A stretch of 64,000 bases of DNA from an uncultured Bosea sp. (GCF_945956895.1 NZ_CAMFJF010000006.1:35366-99365); one strand, 5' to 3'. Positions 1-9,218 are shown, counted from the first letter of the stretch. A program made the numbers and translations. Notes: generated from the sequence alone by a model not told the origin.

Positions 1-1
1 G

Positions 2-2260
2 GCCTCGCTCGCGACCATCATGACCGCGCTCTACATGGCGGCGCTGAAGCCGCAGGATCGCGTCGCGGTGAAGCCGCATGCCTCGCCGATCTTCCACGCC
101 ATCAACTACCTGATGGGGCTGCAGACGCGCGAGAAGCTCGAGAATTTCCGCGGCTACAAGGGCGCGCAAAGCTATCCCTCGCGCACCAAGGATATCGACG
201 ATGTCGATTTCTCGACCGGCTCGGTCGGCCTCGGCGTGGCGCAGACCTTGTTCTCCTCGCTGACGCAGGATTACGTGAAGGCGCATGGCTGGGCGAAGGA
301 CCGGCCGGAGGGCCGGATGGTCTCGCTGATCGGCGATGCCGAGTTGGACGAGGGCAATATCTTCGAGGCCCTGATGGAGGGCTGGAAGCACGGCCTGCGC
401 AACACCTGGTGGATCATCGACTATAATCGCCAGTCGCTCGACGCGGTGATCCGCGAGGGACTCTACGATCGGTTCGAGACGATGTTCCGCAATTTCGGCT
501 GGGACGTGGTCACGCTGAAATACGGCTCGCTTCAGCAGGCCGCCTTCAAGGAGAAGGGCGGCGAGCGGCTGAAGGCCTGGATCGATTCCTGCCCGAACCA
601 GCTCTACTCGGCGCTGACCTTCCAGGGCGGCGCTGCCTGGCGCAAGCGCCTGATGGACGATCTCGGCGACCAGGGACCGGTCACCACGCTGATCGAGAAG
701 CGCTCCGACGCCGAACTCTCGAAGCTGATGTGCAATCTCGGCGGCCACGACCTGCCGTCGATCCTCGAAGCCTTCGAGAGCATCGACCATGACCGGCCGG
801 TCTGCTTCCTCGCCTATACGGTGAAGGGTTTCGGGCTGCCGATCGCCGGGCACAAGGACAACCATGCCGGGCTGATGACCAAGGAGCAGCTCGACGGCTT
901 CCGCAAGGCGAACAATATCCGCCCCGGCCATGAATGGGACCTGTTCGAGGGGCTCGATCTGCCCGAGGGCGAGGTCCGCGGCTTCCTCGACAAAGTGCCG
1001 TTCTTCTCGCAGGGACGGCGGCGCTTCTCGGCCCCCAAGCTGCCGGTTCCGGACAAGCTGGAAGCCGGCATCCAGTCCTCGATGTCCACCCAGATGGGCT
1101 TCGGCAAGGTGCTGGACGATCTGGCCAAGACCGGCGGGCCGCTGGCCGATCGCATCGTGACGACGGCGCCGGACGTCACGGTCTCGACCAATCTCGGGCC
1201 CTGGGTGAACCGGCGCGGGCTTTTCGCCAAGGCGTCGATGGCCGACACCTTCAAGGACGAGCGCATTCCCTCGATGCAGAAATGGGAATTCTCGCCGAAG
1301 GGGCAGCATGTCGAGCTTGGCATCGCCGAGATGAACCTGTTCATCAACCTCTCGGCGCTCGGCCTGTCGCATTCGATCTTCGGCGAGCGGCTGATCCCGA
1401 TCGGTACGCTCTACGACCCCTTCATCTCGCGCGGGCTCGATGCGCTGAACTATGCCTGCTACCAGGATGCGCGCTTCATGGTGGTGGCGACGCCGTCCGG
1501 CGTGACGCTGGCGCCGGAGGGCGGCGCGCATCAGTCGATCGCGACGCCGCTGATTGGGATGAGCCAGGACGGGCTCTGCTCCTTCGAACCGGCTTTCGTC
1601 GACGAGCTTGCGGTGATGATGCGCTGGTCCTTCGACTACATGCAGCGCGACGGCGAGGGCGACCCCGACGAGCGCACCTGGCTGCGCGACGAGACCGGCG
1701 GCTCGGTCTATCTGCGCCTCTCGACCCGTCAGGTCGAGCAGCCGAGCCGGGCGATGACATCCGAGCTGGAGCGCGCCATCATCGACGGCGCCTATTGGCT
1801 GAGGAAGCCGGGGCCGAACGCGTCTGTCGTGATCGCCTATACCGGCGCGGTGGCGCCGGAGGCGATCGAGGCGGTCGGGCTATTGTCCGAAGACCGGCGC
1901 GATGTCGGCCTGCTCGCGATCACCTCGGCCGACCGGCTCAATGCCGGCTGGCAGGCGGCCGAGCGGGCGCGCCAGCGCGGCAACCATTCGGCGACGAGCC
2001 ATGTCGAGCGGCTGCTCGGCGAACTCTCGCGCGATTGCGGCATCGTCTCGGTGCTGGACGGGCATCCGGCGACGCTGGCCTGGCTCGGCAGCGTCCACGG
2101 TCACAAGCAGAAGGCGCTTGGCGTCGAGCATTTCGGCCAGACCGGCACGGTGGCGGACCTCTACCGGCATTTCGGCATCGACGCGAATGCGATCGTGCAT
2201 GCGGCCAACGCCGCGGCGCCGGGGCGGCCGGTGCGTTATCTCAGGGCGTTGCCGGAGTAA
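2..2260 (+). CDS. aceE: Pyruvate dehydrogenase E1 component, homodimeric AceE-type (5' end cut by window edge)
   Basis: Reading frame is open to base 2. ThDP-binding motif LIGDAELDEGN is present. Long transketolase-like C-terminal region; stop at 2258-2260. Confidence 0.75.
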   Translation, partial: ASLATIMTALYMAALKPQDRVAVKPHASPIFHAINYLMGLQTREKLENFRGYKGAQSYPSRTKDIDDVDFSTGSVGLGVAQTLFSSLTQDYVKAHGWAKDRPEGRMVSLIGDAELDEGNIFEALMEGWKHGLRNTWWIIDYNRQSLDAVIREGLYDRFETMFRNFGWDVVTLKYGSLQQAAFKEKGGERLKAWIDSCPNQLYSALTFQGGAAWRKRLMDDLGDQGPVTTLIEKRSDAELSKLMCNLGGHDLPSILEAFESIDHDRPVCFLAYTVKGFGLPIAGHKDNHAGLMTKEQLDGFRKANNIRPGHEWDLFEGLDLPEGEVRGFLDKVPFFSQGRRRFSAPKLPVPDKLEAGIQSSMSTQMGFGKVLDDLAKTGGPLADRIVTTAPDVTVSTNLGPWVNRRGLFAKASMADTFKDERIPSMQKWEFSPKGQHVELGIAEMNLFINLSALGLSHSIFGERLIPIGTLYDPFISRGLDALNYACYQDARFMVVATPSGVTLAPEGGAHQSIATPLIGMSQDGLCSFEPAFVDELAVMMRWSFDYMQRDGEGDPDERTWLRDETGGSVYLRLSTRQVEQPSRAMTSELERAIIDGAYWLRKPGPNASVVIAYTGAVAPEAIEAVGLLSEDRRDVGLLAITSADRLNAGWQAAERARQRGNHSATSHVERLLGELSRDCGIVSVLDGHPATLAWLGSVHGHKQKALGVEHFGQTGTVADLYRHFGIDANAIVHAANAAAPGRPVRYLRALPE

Positions 2261-2286
2261 GGAGCGTCAATGAAGAGCGCTTTTTA

Positions 2287-2428
2287 ATGAAGCGTGTCTT
2301 CCCGCACGCGCTGCGGCACGTAGTGCTGCTGCGCAGATGCGGGATCGCCCTCGGAAAGAGGTGCCTTCTCGTCATACGGTCCCGTGTCTGCGCAGCAGCG
2401 TTTCACGCTGCGGCGCGCACGGGATGAC
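2287..2428. repeat. Type A composite palindromic intergenic repeat, copy 1 (two hairpin units)
   Basis: ATCCCGCA...TGCGGGAT and TCCCGTG...CACGGGA inverted repeats. Arms are near-identical to 9218-9383, and the central module is inverted relative to copy 2. Confidence 0.85.
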
Positions 2429-2467
2429 AATCGCCCTTAAAGGCAGGTGCCTCTTAAATAACGCTCG

Positions 2468-2773
2468 TCAGAAGCGCGGCGTCGCGAAGGTGTTCGCGAA
2501 CGGGTTCGCGCCCGCGCCGATGCGGCCGGGCAGGGTGCCTTCGCCATAGAGCTCGCCCGTGCTGGCATAGACCGGCGAAGCCGACATGTGCTGGCTGGCG
2601 TAACGGTTCAGCGAGCCGACGGGCACGACATTGCCGGCATCGAAATAGCTGCGCTTCTGCACGGTGACGCGCAGCGGGCCGCGGCGGTTCTGTGCTTCGG
2701 CCATGCTTGCCACGACGGTCGAGGCCGTAATCGTGACGGCGAGGAGGGCGGCAACGCGCTTGAACGACATCAT
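2468..2773 (-). CDS. Small secreted hypothetical protein
   Basis: ATG ATG at 2773/2770. Signal-peptide-like N-terminus MMSFKRVAALLAVTITASTVVASMAEA. No recognisable domain. Confidence 0.5.
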   Translation of the reverse strand: MMSFKRVAALLAVTITASTVVASMAEAQNRRGPLRVTVQKRSYFDAGNVVPVGSLNRYASQHMSASPVYASTGELYGEGTLPGRIGAGANPFANTFATPRF

Positions 2774-2875
2774 GACGGCAATCTCCGGGAGCGGACTGAC
2801 CCACTCGATGTAAGCATCCCAAAACCGACGCAAAGGTTAGCACCGCGTCGTTAACAACTTTGTTAGCGCGCTTGC

Positions 2876-3985
2876 TCAGCGTTGATTGCGCGGCTTCTTC
2901 GCCCGGTGTGCACGCGGCTCGGCTGCGGACTTCCCCGGTTCGGCGGCCGCGGTCTTCATGCGCAGGGCCGGCATCGTGCCGTCCGCGTCGAGCCAGGAGA
3001 CCTTGCGGCCGGTCGCCGAGAGGCGCGGCGTGGCGCAGCCCGGCTGGCGCTGGAGTTCGCTGCGAGCGAAGGCGGCCCGCAATTCGGGCTCGGCCCCGGC
3101 ATTGGCGAGATCGAGCCGGTCGATCAGGCAAGTCAGTTGCTTGCGATCGCTGGGCTTGGCGCCGGCGCACCACCAACCGCTCATCGCGAAGGGAGCGTCG
3201 GGACTAACCGTGCGGAAGGCGAGGCAGGCGCGACTCTCGCTGCCGTCGCCGAGGACGATATCGGCGGTTTCGAGCGCGCCGAAGCGGGTCTCGATCAGCG
3301 CGGGCGTGCTGCCGCGCTCGACGGCAAGGCTGCGCAATGCGGCGGCGTGAACGAGCGCTACGGTGAAAGAAGAGGGGCCGGCGGCAGGGCCGTCACCCGT
3401 CCTCAGGCGCAAGGCAAGATGCGGGCCGGACCCGGCGAAGGCGCCGAAGCTCAGCAGGTCCTCGCGCCGGCTGCCGTCCTGGCTGCGGCGCGCTTCGAGC
3501 GCGGGAGCCTCGCGGCCAAGTTCGGGCGCTTCGAGATTGAAGATCGCGATCGGGCGGCTGATTGTCATCCAGTCCGCCTCGCTCACCGCGAGGGGCTTGC
3601 GGCCGAGAGCCGCGCTTCGGGTGGTGGCAGCCGCGACCGGCGATGCCAGGCTGGCGAGCTGGGACTGGCCCTCGCCATTCGTGGAAAGGCCGGTGACGAG
3701 TGCGGCTGTCAGGCTGATGCCACCGAGCGCGGCCGCGATGCGCCAGGCGAGCGCGCCCGGCAACCCGAAGCCGCCGCGTGGCGTGAGGCGGCGGCCGATG
3801 CGGCACGCGGTCCGGAATGACGCCTCGATCCGGTCGGCGCCAGAAATGAGAAGCGGGACGAAGTCGATGGCCGCTACCCGCGCCCATGCGTTGCGGGACA
3901 GCGTGCCGGCGCGAAGCCACACGCGTCGCAACTGCCGCAGCAGGGGCTGGAGCCGCGACATCGACTCGTCCGAACGCAAACGCAA
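2876..3985 (-). CDS. Hypothetical membrane-anchored protein
   Basis: 369-codon ORF (alternative ATG at 3961) with one hydrophobic segment, IAAALGGISLTAALVTGL. No family recognised; coding status supported only by length and position. Confidence 0.45.
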   Translation of the reverse strand: MRLRSDESMSRLQPLLRQLRRVWLRAGTLSRNAWARVAAIDFVPLLISGADRIEASFRTACRIGRRLTPRGGFGLPGALAWRIAAALGGISLTAALVTGLSTNGEGQSQLASLASPVAAATTRSAALGRKPLAVSEADWMTISRPIAIFNLEAPELGREAPALEARRSQDGSRREDLLSFGAFAGSGPHLALRLRTGDGPAAGPSSFTVALVHAAALRSLAVERGSTPALIETRFGALETADIVLGDGSESRACLAFRTVSPDAPFAMSGWWCAGAKPSDRKQLTCLIDRLDLANAGAEPELRAAFARSELQRQPGCATPRLSATGRKVSWLDADGTMPALRMKTAAAEPGKSAAEPRAHRAKKPRNQR

Positions 3986-4244
3986 CCCGTTACTCCCGCA
4001 CGGCGCGATGGCCCCGCAATCCTCGGTGGAGCGGGCAGGCTGAACCTCGGGAGTCGCCGTCGGGTTACCGAGAGAGGGCGATCGGCCGGCAGCGTGAACA
4101 GGAGGTCAACGATCACGGTTAATGGGCGGCGTGGAGCGCAACTATGAGGAGGAGATTGACTTTTCGTCGCTCTCGGTGTTCTGACAGGGCGTGGCGCAAG
4201 GTTGTGCCGCCTAGCGAAGTTTTCAGCCCTTCGGGATTGGCTCT

Positions 4245-4316
4245 GTGACTGTCCGTCTGACGACGACGAAACTCACGACCAAAACGACGACCGGGAAAGC
4301 CGGTACGTCGCGCTGA
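4245..4316 (+). promoter_or_regulatory. Candidate leader peptide uORF (MTVRLTTTKLTTKTTTGKAGTSR) upstream of asd
   Basis: GTG start with GGGA 8 nt upstream. 10 Thr and 3 Lys codons in 23. The last Thr run lies in the 5' arm of a bulged 10-bp hairpin at 4285-4310, and further hairpins lie at 4341-4359 and 4371-4394 before the asd SD/ATG. Confidence 0.4.
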
Positions 4317-4440
4317 CGCTTCGCCTCGGTTCCGGGTCCATCTCCCCCCGGCGGGGAGAGATCGCCGAACCCGCCCGAGACCGGTGCGGGGCGGCCCCCA
4401 AAGGGAGACCCGAACCGCCTTATCCGCAAAGGATCACATC

Positions 4441-5475
4441 ATGAGCTTCAAGGTCGCAGTCGTCGGAGCAACCGGCAATGTAGGCCGCGAGATGCTGGAC
4501 ATTCTCGCCGAGCGTGCCTTCCCCGTCGGCGAGGTCGTGGCGCTCGCCTCCTCCCGCTCGGTCGGCACCGAGGTTTCCTTCGGCGACAAGACGCTGAAGT
4601 GCCGGGCGTTGGAGCATTACGACTTCTCCGACACCGATATCTGCCTGATGTCGGCGGGTGGCGATGTCTCGAAGGCCTGGTCGCCGAAGATCGGCGCTCA
4701 GGGCTGCGTCGTCATCGACAACTCCTCGGCCTTCCGCATGCACCCCGACGTGCCGCTGATCGTGCCGGAGGTGAATGCCGCCGCCGCTGCCGGCTTCACC
4801 AAGATGAACATCATCGCCAACCCGAACTGCTCGACTGCGCAGCTCGTCGTGGCGTTGAAGCCGCTGCACGACAAGTTCGGCATCAAGCGCGTCGTCGTCT
4901 CGACCTATCAGTCGGTCTCCGGCGCCGGCAAGGAAGGCATGGACGAGCTGTTCAACCAGACCCGCGCCGTGTTCTCGGCCGGCGAGGTCACCACCAAGAA
5001 GTTCCCGAAGCGCATCTCCTTCAACCTCATTCCGCAGATCGACGTCTTCATGGAGGACGGCTTCACCAAGGAAGAGTGGAAGATGGTGGTCGAGACCAAG
5101 AAGATCCTCGACAAGAAGATCAAGCTGACCGCGACCTGCGTGCGCGTGCCGGTCTTCATCGGCCATTCCGAGAGCGTGAACATCGAGTGCGAGAAGCCGA
5201 TCACCGCCGAGGAGGCGCGCGAGGTGTTGCGTACCGCGCCGGGTATCCTCGTGATCGATAAGCACGAGCCCGGCGGCTACATCACCCCGCATGAGGCGGC
5301 CGGCGAGGACGCGACCTATATCTCGCGCATCCGCGAGGACGCGACCGTCGAGAACGGCCTCGCCTTCTGGTGCGTCTCGGACAACCTGCGCAAGGGCGCG
5401 GCGCTGAACGCGGTGCAGATCGCCGAGGTTCTGGTCAACCGCAAGCTGATCCAGCCGCGCCAGCAGGCCGCCTGA
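4441..5475 (+). CDS. asd: Aspartate-semialdehyde dehydrogenase
   Basis: MSFKVAVVGATGNVGREM Rossmann N-terminus, active-site motif NPNCSTAQ, and GHSESV. AAGGA SD lies 7 nt upstream of the ATG. Confidence 0.95.
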   Translation: MSFKVAVVGATGNVGREMLDILAERAFPVGEVVALASSRSVGTEVSFGDKTLKCRALEHYDFSDTDICLMSAGGDVSKAWSPKIGAQGCVVIDNSSAFRMHPDVPLIVPEVNAAAAAGFTKMNIIANPNCSTAQLVVALKPLHDKFGIKRVVVSTYQSVSGAGKEGMDELFNQTRAVFSAGEVTTKKFPKRISFNLIPQIDVFMEDGFTKEEWKMVVETKKILDKKIKLTATCVRVPVFIGHSESVNIECEKPITAEEAREVLRTAPGILVIDKHEPGGYITPHEAAGEDATYISRIREDATVENGLAFWCVSDNLRKGAALNAVQIAEVLVNRKLIQPRQQAA

Positions 5476-5591
5476 GGCAAGCCGCGCTGCGCGCCCCTGT
5501 CCGAAAATCGGGCAGGGTCACCGGCAATGCCCACGCGCATAGGCGGGAGACCGTCTTTGCGTGTGGATATGCCGGGCAAACGGGCTAAGGC

Positions 5592-6554
5592 TTGGGCAGT
5601 CCTTGCGCGCGAGCCGAGCCCTTGCCCAACGCTCCCCTCGATCAAACACCGGTCGTCCCTTCGCAGGAAGGCAGACCGCTGCGCATCGACAATTCCGCGC
5701 GCGGCATCGCGCTTCTGCTGCTCTCGTCCATCTTCATGTGCAGCGGCGACATCGCCTCCAAATATCTGGCGACCACCTTGCCCGCGCTTCAGATCACCTG
5801 GATGCGCTACGGCACCTTTGCCGCGATCATGCTCGTCACCATCAGCTTCACCGGTGGTTTCCGCAGGATGAGCACACGCCGGCCCGGCCTGCAGGTGCTG
5901 CGGGCCTTGGGCGTGACCATCTCCTCGATCCTGTTCGTGGCGGGGCTGCACGACCTGCCGATGGCGGATGCGACCGCCACCTCCTTCGTCTCGCCGCTCT
6001 TCGTGACGGCGCTCTCGATTCCCATTCTGGGCGAGATCGTCGGCTGGCGGCGCTGGCTCGCCACGATCGTCGGGTTGGTCGGCGTGCTGGTCGTGGTGCG
6101 TCCCGGTGGCGCCGGCTTTCATGGCGCGTCGTTCTTCGTTCTGGGCTCGTCTTTTTTCTGGGCGTTTTCGCTGATCGTCACCCGGATGATGAGCCGCACC
6201 GAGATCCCGGTGGTGACATTGGCCTATTCCGCCACGATCGGCTTCGTCCTGCTCTCGTTGGTGGTGCCGTTCAGCTGGCAGGCGCTTGATCTCAAGGCGG
6301 TCCTGATCGGCCTCTTCATCGGCAGCATTTCAACGATCGGGCACATCTTCCTGATCCAGGCCTTCCGCTACGCCGATGCTTCGCTGCTGGCGCCTTTTTC
6401 CTATTCGCAGCTGCTTTGGTCCTCGATCTTCGGCTATCTGGTTTTCGCAGCGATCCCGGATGTCTGGACCTATGTCGGCGCCAGCATCATCGCCGCCTCC
6501 GGGCTCTACATCGCCCATCGCGAGCGCATCCGCGCCAGGCAGGTCGCTGGCTGA
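5592..6554 (+). CDS. DMT superfamily (EamA-like) transporter
   Basis: About 10 hydrophobic segments in two EamA-like halves. Start uncertain (TTG at 5592). Confidence 0.7.
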   Translation: MGSPCARAEPLPNAPLDQTPVVPSQEGRPLRIDNSARGIALLLLSSIFMCSGDIASKYLATTLPALQITWMRYGTFAAIMLVTISFTGGFRRMSTRRPGLQVLRALGVTISSILFVAGLHDLPMADATATSFVSPLFVTALSIPILGEIVGWRRWLATIVGLVGVLVVVRPGGAGFHGASFFVLGSSFFWAFSLIVTRMMSRTEIPVVTLAYSATIGFVLLSLVVPFSWQALDLKAVLIGLFIGSISTIGHIFLIQAFRYADASLLAPFSYSQLLWSSIFGYLVFAAIPDVWTYVGASIIAASGLYIAHRERIRARQVAG

Positions 6555-6675
6555 GGGCTGGTAACCAAGGATCGCGATACGGATGCTGCTTTCCATTCGG
6601 ATGCGTGGCGCCGCGGCGGCGTTGCTGTAGGGTGACGTTGCGCCATCCGGCGCCTTCTTCCCAGGACCCTTCCCT

Positions 6676-7176
6676 ATGCCGATCCATCTCGCACGCGCGG
6701 TTCTTGCCGCCAGCCTTTTCCTGCTGCCCGGGCTCGCAAGCGCCAAGACCTATTCGATTCCCGACCCCAACCCCGTCGCTGTGATCACGATGCCGGACGA
6801 TTGGGAATCCACCGAGATCGCCAAAGGCGTCGAATCGACGTCCGACGACGAGGCCGTCTACATCTCGGTCGAGGTGACGGAACTGAAGGACGCCGCACAA
6901 GCCATCGCCGAAGCGGTCACCTGGCTGAAGAGTAAGGGCGTCGTCGTCGATACCGCGACGCAGGAGAAGAAGCCGTTCTCCAACAATGGCATGGAAGGCG
7001 TCCAGGTGCAGTGGACCGGCAAGGACGAGGACGGCCCGACCCATGTCAGCCTGACCTTGCTGCAGGTCACCGAGACCAAAGGCCTCGTTCTGACCTATTG
7101 GGCCTCGCCCGAGGGCGAGAAGGAGAATCTCAAGGACCTGGCCTCGATCATCAACAGCCTGAAGGCGCTGAAATAG
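6676..7176 (+). CDS. Secreted hypothetical protein
   Basis: Signal peptide MPIHLARAVLAASLFLLPGLASA. Acidic mature part with no recognised domain. Confidence 0.55.
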   Translation: MPIHLARAVLAASLFLLPGLASAKTYSIPDPNPVAVITMPDDWESTEIAKGVESTSDDEAVYISVEVTELKDAAQAIAEAVTWLKSKGVVVDTATQEKKPFSNNGMEGVQVQWTGKDEDGPTHVSLTLLQVTETKGLVLTYWASPEGEKENLKDLASIINSLKALK

Positions 7177-7186
7177 GGCGTCTCGG

Positions 7187-7870
7187 TCAGCGTGAGGCCG
7201 GCTGGGAGCCGGCCCCGCGCCCATAGCGCGCCATGAACATCGCGACCGCCTCGCCGACGACGCGGCGGATCTCGTCCTCGCTCGGCGGGGTGCGGACGGC
7301 GTTGAACAGGCGCGGGCGTGTCAGTGTCGACTGGCAGAGATCGAGGAACTGGACGGCCGCGAGATAGGTGTCGTCGATCGCGAGCTTGCCCTCGGCCACC
7401 ATGCGGTCGAGATAGCGCGCGATCAACCGCGAGCCGAGCATCGGGCCGTTCTCGTAGAATTCCCGGCCGAGATCGGGCATGCGCTCGGCCACGCCGATGA
7501 CGACACGGTGGGCGCTGACCGCCAGCTCGTCATTGATCACCCGCACGATGCAGAAGCCGAATTTGCTCAGAGCCCGCACGGGATCGGAATCCTCGTTCAG
7601 GGCCTCTATCGCGCCGCGCTTCTGGGTTTCGCGCTCGCGCTGGATCAGGTCGACGAACAGGTGCTCCTTGTCCTCGAAGTAGACGTAGAGCGTGCCCTTC
7701 GAGACATTCGCGGCCGCAGCGATGTCGCTCATGCTGGCGGCGTCGAATCCGCGCGAGGTGAACACCTGCAACGCACCGTCGAGAATCTGGCGGCGCTTGT
7801 CGGGATCTGCGCCGGCGATGCGGCGGTTGCGTGGCCCCGTCTTTACCGGGATTTCAGAAATTTCCGACAT
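7187..7870 (-). CDS. TetR/AcrR family transcriptional repressor
   Basis: Internal ATG at 7870 (MSEISEIPV...). HTH FDAASMSDIAAAANVSKGTLYVYFEDKEHLF. Divergent from the emrAB-like operon. Confidence 0.85.
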   Translation of the reverse strand: MSEISEIPVKTGPRNRRIAGADPDKRRQILDGALQVFTSRGFDAASMSDIAAAANVSKGTLYVYFEDKEHLFVDLIQRERETQKRGAIEALNEDSDPVRALSKFGFCIVRVINDELAVSAHRVVIGVAERMPDLGREFYENGPMLGSRLIARYLDRMVAEGKLAIDDTYLAAVQFLDLCQSTLTRPRLFNAVRTPPSEDEIRRVVGEAVAMFMARYGRGAGSQPASR

Positions 7871-7917
7871 TTTGTTCCGGCCCGGTCTATGGGCCCTGCA
7901 TGGCGACTGCGAAAAAG

Positions 7918-7943
7918 AATCGAACCAATCAGTTCGATTTGAC
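7918..7943. promoter_or_regulatory. Palindromic operator candidate 1 (AATCGAACC-N-GGTTCGATTTGAC-like)
   Basis: TCGAAC-N6-GTTCGA palindrome in the TetR/emrA divergent intergenic region. Second related copy at 7979-8004. Confidence 0.55.
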
Positions 7944-7978
7944 TTGATATGCATTATTGCTCGCGCTATTTCAAGCGC

Positions 7979-8004
7979 AATCGAACCGAACGGTTCGAAT
8001 TGAC
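7979..8004. promoter_or_regulatory. Palindromic operator candidate 2 (AATCGAACCGAACGGTTCGAATTGAC)
   Basis: TCGAACC-N4-GGTTCGA palindrome 15 nt upstream of the emrA-like ATG. It shares flanking AA...TTGAC with site 1. Confidence 0.55.
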
Positions 8005-8018
8005 ATGCAGGACGACCA

Positions 8019-9218
8019 ATGTCTGCTGACAGTGCAACCGAACACCGACGGGACCGGCTGAAGCTGGTCGACGCCAAGGCCGAGACCGCCCAGCCGGCCG
8101 AGCCCGCTACCGCTCGCGACGTACAAGCGAAGAGCGCCCCCCCGGAAGCCGCCGAAGCCAGAGCCAAATCCGGCAAGAGCCCGCTGAAGCGCGGTGCGTT
8201 CATCGTCATGGTCGCAGCTGCCGTGGGCGCGGGGCTCTGGTACGGCATCGACTGGTGGCGCAATGGCCGCTTCATCGTCTCGACCGACGATGCCTATGTC
8301 GGTGCCGAGATGGCGACCGTCTCGGCCAAGCTCTCGGCGAATATCGCCGCCGTCTCGGTCCGCCAGAACCAGGAGGTCAAGGCCGGCCAGCCGCTCGTCG
8401 CGCTCGACGATGGCGACTGGCGGATCGCGCTCGACAGCGCCCGCGCCAAGACCGCGACGGGGCAGGCGACGCTGGCCCGTATCGACAGCCAGGTCGAGGC
8501 GGCGCGCGCGGCCCAGTTGCAAGCGCAGGCGCAGCAGAATTCGGCTGAAGCCGCGGTGACCCGCACGACCGCCGATTTCGACCGCGCCAACAGCCTCGCC
8601 GCCAAGTCATACGGCTCGCAGGCGACGCTCGACGCCGCGACCGCGGCTCGCGACCAGGCTATAGCCGCAGTGGCGAGCGCCAAGGCCGGCGTCGTGCAGG
8701 CGCAGGCCAATATCAAGGTGCTGGAGGCGCAGCGCATCGAGGCCGCCCGCCAGATCGACGAGCTGAAGGTCGCCGAGCTAAAGGCCGAGCGCGATCTCTC
8801 CTTCATGAAGATCGCGGCGCCGATCGATGGCGTCGTCGCCAACACCAATATGCAGATCGGCGACCTTGTCGGTGCCGGCAAGCGCCTGATGTCGATCGTC
8901 CCGCTCGACCAGGTCTATGTCGACGCCAATTTCAAGGAGACGCAGGTCGGGCCGCTGAAGACCGGCGACAAGGCAAGCATCACCGTCGATGCGCTGCCGG
9001 GCCAGGTCTTCCACGGCACGGTCAGCGGCATTGCCGGCGGCACGGGCTCGGTCTTCACGCTGCTGCCGCCCGACAACGCGACCGGCAACTTCACCAAGAT
9101 CGTGCAGCGCGTTCCCGTGCGCATCACGCTCGACCGCGAATCGACGGCGAAGCATGTGCTGCGGCCGGGCATGTCGGTCGTGGTCTCGATCGATCCGAGG
9201 CCGGCCAGCCAGCGCTGA
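8019..9218 (+). CDS. emrA: HlyD/EmrA-family membrane fusion protein
   Basis: N-terminal TM segment, long Ala/Gln coiled-coil, and HlyD beta-barrel-like C-terminus. Followed by a DHA2 MFS pump. Confidence 0.85.
   Translation: MSADSATEHRRDRLKLVDAKAETAQPAEPATARDVQAKSAPPEAAEARAKSGKSPLKRGAFIVMVAAAVGAGLWYGIDWWRNGRFIVSTDDAYVGAEMATVSAKLSANIAAVSVRQNQEVKAGQPLVALDDGDWRIALDSARAKTATGQATLARIDSQVEAARAAQLQAQAQQNSAEAAVTRTTADFDRANSLAAKSYGSQATLDAATAARDQAIAAVASAKAGVVQAQANIKVLEAQRIEAARQIDELKVAELKAERDLSFMKIAAPIDGVVANTNMQIGDLVGAGKRLMSIVPLDQVYVDANFKETQVGPLKTGDKASITVDALPGQVFHGTVSGIAGGTGSVFTLLPPDNATGNFTKIVQRVPVRITLDRESTAKHVLRPGMSVVVSIDPRPASQR

Noticed and set aside
4156-4184. Promoter-like TTGACT-N17-TTCTGA upstream of the asd leader region
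   Set aside because: The -10 hexamer is poor and I have no independent support. Not reported as a feature.
4245-4320. Possible tmRNA tag-coding or other structured RNA upstream of asd
   Set aside because: No frame gives an alphaproteobacterial-type tag (ANDN...AA). I could find no tRNA-like acceptor/T-arm. The Thr-rich uORF interpretation fits better.
7981-8000. GGTTCGAAT string resembling a tRNA T-loop/T-arm
   Set aside because: It is part of a perfect palindrome duplicated in the TetR/emrA promoter region. No acceptor stem, anticodon arm or CCA context could be built around it.
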